This document shows, one piece after another, positions 8,511-17,420 of a stretch of DNA of 17,922 nucleotides. Made by a program: the position numbers and the translations under genes. Below the pieces are notes generated by a model, which saw only the letters and a program-made list of their open reading frames with translations, ran no database searches and was not told the origin of the DNA. The DNA comes from Octopus sinensis (taxonomy: Eukaryota): NCBI RefSeq assembly GCF_006345805.1, contig NW_021824590.1, positions 1 to 17,922 of the forward strand, given 5' to 3'. Numbering within the stretch: position 1 is the stretch's first letter; every line of letters starts with the position of its first letter.

Positions 8511-8680
8511 CATCGAAAAATACCTTAGGAATGAGAACCCCGGTTCGAAATTTCCCCAAGATACCTGATGAAGGCTGGAGGGTATATCAGCCGAAACGTT
8601 GTGTTAACAACAAACAAGATGAAGACAAATATCCGTCAAATGTAAATAAGGTAAATAAAGTAAACGATGTAAATAAAAAA
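8343..8680 (+). mobile_element. Composite SINE-like element: tRNA-like head, (AAT)n, hammerhead-bearing Penelope-like tail
   Basis: A-box TGGTGTAGTGG 8350-8360, B-box-like GCTCGATTCC 8395-8404, (AAT)n 8418-8508, hammerhead 8560-8605, short GTAAATAA-type repeats 8642-8678. Confidence 0.7.
8560..8605 (+). ncRNA. Minimal type I hammerhead ribozyme motif
   Basis: Stem I GAUAC(8560-64)/GUGUU(8601-05); CUGAUGA 8565-71; extra A 8572; stem II GGCUG/CAGCC (8573-77/8588-92); GAAA 8593-96; palindromic AACGUU in place of a stem III hairpin; predicted cleavage after GUU at 8600. Confidence 0.75.
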
Positions 8681-8950
8681 ATCTTGTCCCTCAGTTTCTT
8701 TGTCTTGTGTTGTTTTTTTTTCTCTGTTCTCCCGCCACCGCCCTTTCGTTTGCATTCGAAGAATGAGGAGACAACCCTTTGAAACAATAATATATTGAAG
8801 AACTGCCAAACTCTTTGATGGCTTCCACAGATCTCAGCATGTTTCACAAATTGGGAATGAACAGAAATGAAAGAAAAATAAAACAAAATATTTTCAATAA
8901 CTTTTGGCAAAATAAACAGATTATCTTCGCGTAAAGGTTTAGATGTCTCT

Positions 8951-9007
8951 GTGTATATATATATATGTGTGTGTGTGTGTTTGTGTGTATGTGAATGTGT
9001 GTATATG

Positions 9008-9088
<81 letters not shown>

Positions 9089-9335
9089 ATATATATCTGT
9101 GTATATGTATATATATATATGTATATATATATGTGTGTGTATGTATATATATATGTATGTGTATATATATATGTGTGTGTATGTATTTATATATGTGAGT
9201 GTATATATCTCATGGATGGATGGCTCTGTGTGTGTGTGTGTGGTGTGTGTGTGTGTGGTGTGTGTGTGTGTGTTTGTGTGTATGTGAATGTGTGTATATG
9301 TATGTACCTGTTTGCATGTATGTATGTACGTAACT
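8951..9335. repeat. Compound (TA)n/(TG)n microsatellite
   Basis: Read directly; explains the YIYI/VCVC ORFs. Confidence 0.95.
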
Positions 9336-9439
9336 GCGAATGTATGTTCATAAGAAATTCTTTGTAGTTTGTTAACGAAACTTTCGAAACCAGAAATCGA
9401 TTAGATTCGGAAGACGTGATTCAAATTGCTTTGTTCCTT

Positions 9440-9925
9440 CTTGGAAATCTCCAGAATTTTCAGGGTTTGGGGCACATCTAATGTTACACAACTCTTTCAA
9501 CCTATGATATTAGATACAAACAGGAATCTGTAGCCGGGAGACAAATCCTCTCAGTTCCAAGTTCTTTCACTGTCGTTGCTTCCTTTTTTCTATTGCTTTA
9601 AAACCGACATTCATAACCGCTGCTTTGGTCACCTCTCTAACAGTGCATGGTTCCATTTCCTGTCTTAAAGAACAATTCCACGTATGTTTCGTTTGCAACG
9701 GTTTGATTTTATTAAAGCGTTCCGCCATCATACATTCTGCATACATTCCAGATACATTCTGGTGCTTGTGCCATTATTACGAGCATCAGATCGATCCTTC
9801 CTTGCGAAGGACTGTTTAGGCAAGAACGCCATGAGTCGCCATAAGATGAAACTGTTCGGACGACTGTTGATGGTGTTGGTGATATCTTCCACTAGTGTTT
9901 GCACAATCGGTATTTTGTATCAGAA
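9440..9925 (-). mobile_element. Highly decayed 3' end of an RLE-type non-LTR retrotransposon (second family)
   Basis: Minus strand: DTKYRLCKH(fs)VEDITNTINSRP, ...HGVLA*TV, *WRNALIKSNRCKRNIRGIVL*DRK (cf. WWN..IK..CKHNRPDIV.WDR), PGYRFLFVSNIIG*KSCVT...LKILEISK; colinear with 15511-15970. Confidence 0.6.
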
Positions 9926-9977
9926 TCCGGAGATTTAGAAGTATTCTTACCTCTTGATAGCTAATATTTATAAGATA

Positions 9978-10374
9978 CTAGCAGTATCGCCAGGCGTTGC
10001 TCGGGTTTGTAAGGGAAATAACTATATAAGCATTTTTAGAGATGTAAAGTATAATAGCCATCTCAATATGGCTAACCACAAAGGGGGGGCTGTTACTGTA
10101 GCTTTTTACGTTCTGAGATTTAATAATAAATTTTTAGAGAGTTACTTCCCTTATATATGCCAAAAATACATTAAAAATGGGAAAAATTGATGGTAAATGT
10201 TTTTTAAAATCGTAGACTCCTCGTAGATGCGCGCTAATACCCAGAAGGGCTCGATATGAATCACGACTATAAGATACCCGGTTTTGGTTAAACTGCACCG
10301 CAAAATGTGGGAGTAGTTAGGAATCTAAATCGTAGGAGACAGACAGCACACAACCTCACTTTTATATATAAAGA
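9978..10374 (-). mobile_element. Non-autonomous Helitron (397 bp)
   Basis: Minus strand begins A|TCTTTATATA at 10374 and ends CTAG|T at 9978, so it sits in an AT site without TSD; GC-rich hairpin (9990-10005, one mismatch) ~8 nt before CTAG; short CAGA repeat near the 5' end. Confidence 0.75.
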
Positions 10375-10379
10375 TTAAG

Positions 10380-10463
10380 ACTGCGAACTGGCAGAATCGT
10401 TAGCATGCCGGATAAAATGCTTAACGGTATTTCGTCTGCTGGACAAAATGCTTAACGGCATTT
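10380..10463 (+). mobile_element. Head of a SINE family 1 copy with internal ~25 bp duplication
   Basis: ctggcagaatcgttagcatgccgg head; aaaatgcttaacgg(t/c)attt occurs twice (around 10416 and 10445). Confidence 0.7.
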
Positions 10464-10464
10464 A

Positions 10465-10702
10465 GGCGGCGAGCTGGTAGAAACGTTAGCGCGTCGGGCG
10501 AAATGCGTAGCGGTATTTCGTCTGCCGTTACGTTCTGAGTTCAAATTCCGCCGAGGTCGACTTTGCCTTTCATCCTTTCGGGGTCGATTAAATAAGTACC
10601 AGTTACGCACTGGGGTCGATATAATCAACTTAATCCGTTTGTCTGTCCTTGTTTGTCCTCTCTGTGTTTAGCCCCTTGTGGGTAGTAAAGAAATAGAAAT
10701 AG
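10465..10702 (+). mobile_element. tRNA-derived SINE, family 1, complete monomer
   Basis: A-box-like TGGTAGAAACG, B-box GAGTTCAAATTCC 10537-10549, central GGTCGACTTTGCCTTTCATCCTTTCGGGGTCGAT...AAGTACCAG, tail ...gccccttgtgggtagtaaagaaatagaaatag. At least six related copies in the window. Possibly the octopus OK-type SINE (from memory, unverified). Confidence 0.88.
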
Positions 10703-10866
10703 GTATTTGGTCCATCTTTATGTCTTGCGTTCAAATTCCGTTGAAGTCGACTTTGCCTTACATCCTTTCGTGGTCGATAACTTAAGTACCAGTTAAGCAT
10801 TGGGGCCGATGTAATCGACTTACTCCATCCCCCGAAATTACTGGCCGTGTGCCAAATTTGAAACCA
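10702..10866 (+). mobile_element. Headless family 1 monomer with the alternative tail
   Basis: ggtatttggtcc...gttcaaattccg...gtcgactttgcc...aagtaccag...cccccgaaattactggccgtgtgccaaatttgaaacc; no A-box. Confidence 0.8.
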
Positions 10867-10889
10867 ACAATTACAAGAAATTTTGTAAC

Positions 10890-11148
10890 TAATTCCCGTT
10901 GCTGAACAGCAAAGACCCATCTTTCTCAGCAGGGTACAATGTATCTACCACCTGTCCATTCTTCTTGTCAATGTTGTCAGCATCCTGTAGCTTGTGCGAT
11001 ATGTGCCAATGCATAACTTTCAGCTGATAGAGATTGTGCTTCTTCCGCAACTTTCTGTTCCAGTTCGCTACCCCAGCTACACTTAAATCACATGGAACAG
11101 CAGTATACCCCGAGTATTTATTCAGGAGTTCTGCATCTACTTTCCAGA
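10890..11148 (-). mobile_element. Possible decayed R4-like fragment (RHD region)
   Basis: Minus-strand frame gives RKLRKKHNLYQLKVMHWHISHKL (cf. KRRHDKVASNLHWLLCRKY in copy C), followed by a ...YPAEK segment resembling HTPEK. Confidence 0.35.
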
Positions 11149-11150
11149 TA

Positions 11151-11287
11151 CTAGCACGCCGGGCGAAATGCGTAGCCGATAAATTAAGTACCAGTTTCCA
11201 ACTGGGGTCGATGTAATCGACTTAATCCCTTTGTCTGTCCTTGTTTGTCCCCTCTATGTTTAGCCCCTTGTGGGCAGTAAAGAAATA
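11151..11287 (+). mobile_element. SINE family 1 copy with 5' truncation and internal deletion
   Basis: Junction gcgtagc|cgataaa at 11176/11177 lacks the 73 bp equivalent to 10512-10584, including the B-box; tail intact to aaagaaata. Confidence 0.85.
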
Positions 11288-11971
11288 TATTTCCTTCATT
11301 CTGAACACGTGATGTGCTCAGTTCTCTGCTGTTCAACAAGTGTTTACTCAGTGGTACAAATCGGTATTTAAAAACCGTCTGATTTATCCTTATACCTCTC
11401 TCTCCGCCCTCGGTTCAATATTTTACAATTAATGTGGAGATTGCCAGTGATGTTTTATATCATTCTTGTCTTGCTCGCCAATTTCGGAATTCTTCAATCT
11501 GAAGAGGAATATACGAACCACTGCTATTAGCACATGTTTTGCAAAAAAATGAAAAAAAAAAAAAAAAGAATGGTTAAGGATTATGGTCTCACTGAATGTA
11601 AATGACTGATTTCCATACCTTCCGAAGTTGAAATATTCTTTTGTAGTGACTTTCCTCTAAGCACTACCATCATCGTATTATCTGTTCTCATCAATTCCTT
11701 GGTTGAATCGATTTTATCTTTACAATATATTGGAAAGTTTGTAGTTAAGATATTGTGTAAATTTGTGCGTATTTGTAGATAGAAATGTTATGTTGTTACG
11801 AATGTTTGTCGATGGAATATTGTGTGCTTACATGACAAAACGACAAAAGAAATCTTGAAGAATTCAAGAGGTAGATACGCATGGTTTTATGATAGAGTTA
11901 CTGGCAGGCAGCTTGAGAAAAAAATAGTCTAGACTGTTCGAGAGCCAGTGAATATTTGCATTCGTACATTC

Positions 11972-12070
11972 AAATATACATACAGGTATACATACATATA
12001 TACATACATACATAGAAACATACATACATACATACAAATACACACACACACACACACAGACACACACACA

Positions 12071-12123
<53 letters not shown>

Positions 12124-12148
12124 TTACATACATATCTATATATATATA

Positions 12149-12193
<45 letters not shown>

Positions 12194-12215
12194 CACATGT
12201 ATATATTTATACATA
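11972..12215. repeat. Compound (TACA)n/(CA)n/(TA)n microsatellite
   Basis: Read directly. Confidence 0.95.
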
Positions 12216-12529
12216 TGTCCTTTATCTGTTTCATTATCACAAATTTTTAATTTACCAATGTTTTATAGCTTTAAACGTAAATTCACTGTGTTTTGCATAT
12301 AACACTGATTCTTATATATTTATGTATATTATATGATTTTTATCTATTTAGAAATATTATTATATTTATACAAGTAAAACCTCACCCCGTCCAACGGACG
12401 TTGAATCATATCTACTGAATAAACAGCAGTGTTTTCTTTTCATTTAAAAAATAATTAAGCATACCTTTATTTCAATAAAATTTTTAGTTTTGTTAAAAGA
12501 AGTTAAGGCAAAAAAAAAAAAACTTCTTA

Positions 12530-12710
12530 GGCGCAGGAGTGGCTGTATGGTAAGTAGCTTGCTAACCAACCACATGGTTCCGGGTTCAGTCCCACTGCGT
12601 GGCATCTTGGGCAAGTGACTTCTGCTATAGCCCCGGGCCGACCAATGCCTTGTGAGTGGATTTGGTAGACGGAAACTGAAAGAAGCCTGTCGTATATATG
12701 TATATATATA

Positions 12711-12758
<48 letters not shown>

Positions 12759-12979
12759 TTGTGTGTCTGTGTTTGTCTCCCTAGCATTGCTTGACAGCCG
12801 ATGCTGGTGTGTTTACGTCCCCGTCACTTAGCAGCTCGGCAAAAAAGACCGATAGAATAAGTACTGGGCTTACAAAGAATAAGTCCCGGGGTCGATTTGC
12901 TCGACTAAAGGCGGTGCTCCAGCATGGCCGCAGTAAAATGACTGAAACAAGTAAAAGAGTAAAAGAGTAAAAGAGTAAA
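12530..12979 (+). mobile_element. tRNA-derived SINE, family 2 (CORE-like), with internal (TA)n/(TG)n
   Basis: A-box-like TGGCTGTATGG 12540-12550, B-box GGTTCAGTCCC 12583-12593, CORE-like atcttgggcaagtgactt 12604-12621, microsatellite ~12692-12770, tail (AGTAAAAG)n 12950-12979. Resembles octopus OR-type SINEs (from memory, unverified). Confidence 0.85.
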
Positions 12980-13149
12980 CCAGATAGTCTTTCCTTCCTT
13001 CATGCCACAGGTTTGAAGAAAATATCTCTTTTGCATCTTAGTTTTTTGGTCTCTTAGATATACTACATTTCGTGGCATTATTTCAAGCCAGACGGCTTGT
13101 TTTGCACAAACTGCACGTGCATTTTTCTTGCGTACGCGTAGTATCGATC

Positions 13150-13365
13150 GCAACAGCTGATGTACTTGCGCGTACAAATGCACATTCTCATGGCATTATC
13201 GATCGCATTCTCACCTGGAAGCGATTTTTGTAATTTTCTCAAGACTTATACACGCCCTGATACCGTCGGTATCTACATATCGAATTTGAGCGCAATCAGA
13301 TCGAGGATGCCCGAGATCCTAGAAGACACACAGACAGACAGACAGAACGGAGTTTATATAATAGA
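13150..13365 (-). mobile_element. Probable 5' portion of a second small Helitron-like element
   Basis: Minus strand starts A|TCTATTATATAAA followed by a (TCTG)n tract, the same layout as the 10374 end; no CTRR/hairpin 3' end found, so the left boundary is approximate. Confidence 0.4.
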
Positions 13366-13506
13366 TATGTCGGATTTTATATCTGTTCTGTAGATATAAA
13401 TGAATATATGAATATATGTATGTATTTGATCTTTGTGTGTGGATCTTAGCAATGTTCCTTTAGTTCCTGCTCGCATTGCCTCCGCTCAAATTAAGAAGTG
13501 GTCTAT

Positions 13507-13624
13507 ATATACATAAATATACACTTCTATGTATGTATATGTATATGTATACATACAAAAACATTCATACATGCACATGCACATACATACACCCACGTGC
13601 GCGTGCGCATACACACACACACAC
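13507..13624. repeat. (TA)/(CA)-rich low-complexity tract
   Basis: Read directly. Confidence 0.85.
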
Positions 13625-13664
13625 AAAAGTGTAAGAGTTCTTCCTTGTCATTCTGTGTAGATAA

Positions 13665-13904
13665 CTATTTCCTTCACCATATCGCGGTTTACCTTCCGCG
13701 GTTCACCTATCACGGTTTATAGTTTAAGCTTACGTTGATTCCTCTTTGATATTATTTTGCATGTCTAATAAAATAAACATATACAAATTATAAAAATAAT
13801 AAAAAAAGAATATACAGTACAGTACTGTTTCTACTTCGCGGATTTTCACCTATCGCGGGGGTGGGTCTTGGAACGTAACACCCGCGATAGTTGAGGGATT
13901 ACAG
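13665..13904. mobile_element. Probable Tc1/mariner-pogo-type MITE, decayed
   Basis: Right end reverse complement TA|ctgtaatccctcaactatcgcgg aligns at roughly 18/24 with left ctatttccttcaccatatcgcgg; sub-terminal tcacctatcRcgg repeats near 13700 and 13847; AT-rich core; TA at 13905-13906. Confidence 0.55.
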
Positions 13905-13961
13905 TACGAATGTCATTGACTGTTTTTTTTTGGGGGGGGGGGTGTTGTCATAGAGAAGATT

Positions 13962-13962
<1 letters not shown>

Positions 13963-13997
<35 letters not shown>
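13963..13997. repeat. (CT)n microsatellite
   Basis: Read directly. Confidence 0.9.
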
Positions 13998-14055
13998 GAC
14001 AAACAGGTGTCATTACAACGAGTCAGCTCATGGCATCACCTAACCAGACTAATCA

Positions 14056-14132
14056 TTCTTTTATTCTTTTAATCTTTTACTTGCTTCAGTCATTTGGCTG
14101 CGGTCATGCTGGAGTAACCGCCTTTGGGCGAC
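14056..14132 (-). mobile_element. 3' fragment of SINE family 2
   Basis: Reverse complement aaaggcggttactccagcatgaccgcagccaaatgactgaagcaagtaaaaga matches 12907-12958, plus a TAAAAGA-type tail. Confidence 0.85.
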
Positions 14133-14636
14133 CAGGTTTCGTTTATTGTTGTTTTTCTTTGCCTTGAGATACGTAAAATCGTGTGACAATCAAATTCCCC
14201 CCTCCCCATTCTTTTAAGGAATCTCAGACCTTCAGACACTAGAAGTATGCCAGCGACACTTGTTTCCTTCTATTTTGGGCTGTTCCTTAAATAGCAGACA
14301 TATTTAAAGAAGTCTGTTTTGGGAAAAATATTTAGAATAATTAAACGTAACCAACCAAACGAAGTGTTTCGCGGTGGTTGCTCGATGTGCTAGAAATAGT
14401 AGCCGAATATCATCCATGTTACATCATACACCATTATAAAACGAAGATACATAATGCTTATGAAGACGTGATGTTCACGGCTGGAACGTCTTGAATCAAA
14501 GGTTTTCTTAATCAACAACAAGCGAAACAACCATCCTCACCCTCCCCAAATGAAAAAGAAAAAAAAAAACAAAGAAATTTTCCTACGAGAGAAGAGGATT
14601 TAACCAATAGAGTTCAACTTACAAAGCACAAGACTA

Positions 14637-14676
14637 TTAACTAATTATCATTAAGTAATTATCATTAACTAATTAC
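14637..14676. repeat. Short 14-bp tandem repeat (c/g)taattatcattaa, about 2.8 units
   Basis: ctaattatcattaa 14641-14654, gtaattatcattaa 14655-14668, partial third unit. Confidence 0.7.
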
Positions 14677-14793
14677 CATACCATAAATAACAATAGTTAA
14701 TTATTTAGTATTGCAGTGATTACAAATAAAAATCAAGACGTCAGCTTAAGGGTTTAAGGGTCACACTAAATGTTTTATATCATTGATTAATTA

Positions 14794-15008
14794 ATCCTTT
14801 CTCCTGGAAGCACAAGGCCTCAAATTTGGCGGAGGGGGTTAAGTCGATTACATCGACCCTAGTGCGTAACTGGTACTTATTTAATCGACCCCGAAAGGAT
14901 AAAAGGCAAAGTCGACCTCGGCAGAATTTGAACTCAGAACGTAGCGACGGGTGAAATGCCGCTAAGCATGCCGTCCAACGTGCTAACGATTCTGCCAGCT
15001 TGCCGTCT
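14794..15008 (-). mobile_element. SINE family 1 complete monomer (alternative tail)
   Basis: Reverse complement ggcaagctggcagaatcgttagc...gagttcaaattc...ggtcgactttgcc...aagtaccag...gtcgatgtaatcgac...ggccttgtgcttccaggagaaaggatt. Confidence 0.88.
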
Positions 15009-15027
15009 TACTCAGTGATTAAATAAT

Positions 15028-15085
15028 GGCTTCAAATTTTGGCATAAGGTCAGCGATATCGGGGGAAGGGATAGATCGAACATCA
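15028..15085 (-). mobile_element. 3' tail fragment of SINE family 1
   Basis: Reverse complement ...cccttcccccgatatcgctgaccttatgccaaaatttgaagcc is similar to 10826-10865. Confidence 0.55.
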
Positions 15086-15139
15086 ACAAACCAACACCGA
15101 TTGACAAGTGATAGGGAGTTAACACAGACACGAAAAAAC

Positions 15140-15500
<361 letters not shown>

Positions 15501-15510
15501 CTCGAGATGC

Positions 15511-15970
15511 GACAGAAAATGTCGATTATGTCTGGTATCTGTTGAAGACATTACAGCAGCGCCGATCCCACCCCGACGCCCGAATATCTTCAAAGTAGCA
15601 CACTCCAGAGTGGCATGACGCTGTTGCTAAAATAATCTCGAATCTCATCGACAAGGGCAAGCATTGCAGATTGCATATAACAATATTTTTGATGTCTTGC
15701 TTTATTCCTACACTCTCACATTTGGAATACATACGGAACATTCCTATCGAAACTTCCACGAGACTCAAACACCGACGAGGTTATCTTTGACTGGAAATAA
15801 AAGAATGTTCTAGTTTCCGAGTCAGCAATCTCGCATTCTTATGGGGGCTTCGAAGTCTAACACTTCTTCGTTCGCAAATTGACATTTCTCTCCATAATTA
15901 ATGGTACATTTGGTTCCGATACGAAGTGTTGAGCTAGAACAAACTTGAAATGGCTCTGGTTTTAAGGCAA
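15511..15970 (+). mobile_element. Highly decayed 3' end of the second RLE-type LINE family
   Basis: DRKCRLCLVSVEDIT (15511-15555), ...WHDAVAKII (from 15611), EYIRNIPIETSTRLK, TFLSIINGTFGSDTKC*ARTNLKWLWF (cf. FIPII.GALG..TKCL..NL..LGF). Confidence 0.65.
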
Positions 15971-16149
15971 CGATGCTTTTGTTAACTTGTATTCCGCATA
16001 TTTAATCTGTAAGTGGAACAATAAAAATATGCAAGACTTTTCTAACATTTATTCTGTGATGCTATATTTTTAGTCTTATCTAAATTTCAGTGATGGAACG
16101 TTGATTGTTGGTTAGTAAGCAAATTCCCTTTCATCGAAAGACTAATCAG

Positions 16150-16670
16150 TCCCGTTGCAGGTATCGTACGGACGTTGTAACTTATTGTGCGCTTGCAGCT
16201 GGTTAAGTCCGCACATGTTAACACTCTACAGGACTTTCTGTAGATGTAATGACGAATGGGGTCACCATAAAGAGACATCTGTACGTCACTGGATTATAGT
16301 GATAAACGCTTGCACAACGCGAGATATCTTCAGGATATCGGGAGCCTTCAGTTACATATATTAGCGAGAATACAGGGGTCCATGGACTTAATTTCACGAA
16401 CAGTAAGTCCATCTGGACCCGCCGCTGAGGAAGGATTCATTTTCCTCCCACTCATTTTCACCTCCTCCACCGAGAACGGCCGCAAAATAGGACCGTTATC
16501 AACCTGGCAGGAGGCGGGATAGTGGAGAGATCCACCTCAGGGCCCGGAGAGAAGAGCCTTCCCTTATAGAAAGCCTCTATAGCGGGACATAGGGTTTGGG
16601 CACCCCTGCTCCGCATCCTCGCCTAATATGACTGCAAGGAGCCCCTTCCTCTCTTTTTTATACCTCTTTC
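16150..16670 (-). mobile_element. Decayed R2-like reverse transcriptase N-terminal fragment
   Basis: Minus strand: RKRYKKERKGLLAVILGED...CPNP(fs)AIEAFYKGRLF...(fs)DNGPILRPFSVEEVKMSGRKMNPSSAAGPDGLTVREIKSMDPCILANICN (SAAGPDG 16428-16408), then PDILKISRV; left boundary approximate. Confidence 0.6.
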
Positions 16671-17012
16671 TAAATCTCCGTGATTAATGCTTAATGACAG
16701 ACCAAAGTGAAATGATCAGTAATCATGTAAAGCCGCAGGTTTTACATCAGTCTCCTTCTTCTAGAAGGATGCTGTGATAAGAGCGAAGGGTCCCTCACTT
16801 CCGGGGTTTACTGTGCGCCCTGACACCAACTAAGAGTATTTCTACTCAGGTGGATTATCATCACATTCACTAGTTTATCCATAGCTGGACCCTGACAGGT
16901 CAAAGTAGTCCTGGGAGCAATACTGCCCAAGCGGCGCTTCCAAATTCCTAAAAAACCTGGAACTTCTGAACTCGAGACCCACTACCGGAAACAGTTCAAA
17001 GTCATACTCAGG

Positions 17013-17420
17013 ACACACACACACACACACACACATGCAAACATATATATTGGTCCTTCATAAGTCCTCTCTCTCTCTCTCCCCCTCAGTTTCTCCTTCC
17101 TCTCCCCTCCCTCTCCGACTTTTTATCTTTCCTTTTCTTTTATATTCATCCTCTTTTTCACACACACCACATACTCAACTCTCTTTCTCACTTTACCATT
17201 CTCTCATTCGTTCCACAGCCTACTTTTCCTCTCTCTCTCTCCGCTTTCTTTCCCCTTTCCCCTTCTCTCTCTCTCTCTCTCACTCTCTCTCGTTCTGTTC
17301 GTCTGCCTCTCTATTTATCTATCTCCCATACACCCCCACCTCATCCCCACTTTACACCACCCACAAGTCCCTCACTCTTTCGTTTATCATCTTTATTAAA
17401 TATATTCCATTGATGTCTTT
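17013..17420. repeat. (CA)n followed by a long CT-rich polypyrimidine tract
   Basis: Read directly; explains the S/L/P/F-rich 142 aa ORF. Confidence 0.9.

Noticed and set aside
8531-8910. ORFs 8531-8782 (+) and 8587-8910 (-)
   Set aside because: Overlap the hammerhead, tail repeats and low-complexity sequence; no protein motif.
8943-9367. YIYI/VCVC ORFs (also 11864-12250, 12527-12787, 13498-13722, 15026-15280, 15162-15593)
   Set aside because: Dinucleotide and tetranucleotide microsatellite translations.
11440-11960. Possible host exon or LINE remnant in unique-looking AT-rich sequence
   Set aside because: No sustained frame, recognisable motif or convincing splice pair; cannot be supported without RNA data.
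14340-14520. Sequence reminiscent of another interspersed-repeat tail
   Set aside because: Only a vague recollection of similarity; no second copy or diagnostic motif in the window.
16750-17012. Possible diverged SINE-like repeat on the minus strand
   Set aside because: Similarity is from memory only; no A/B boxes, tail or second copy to support it here.
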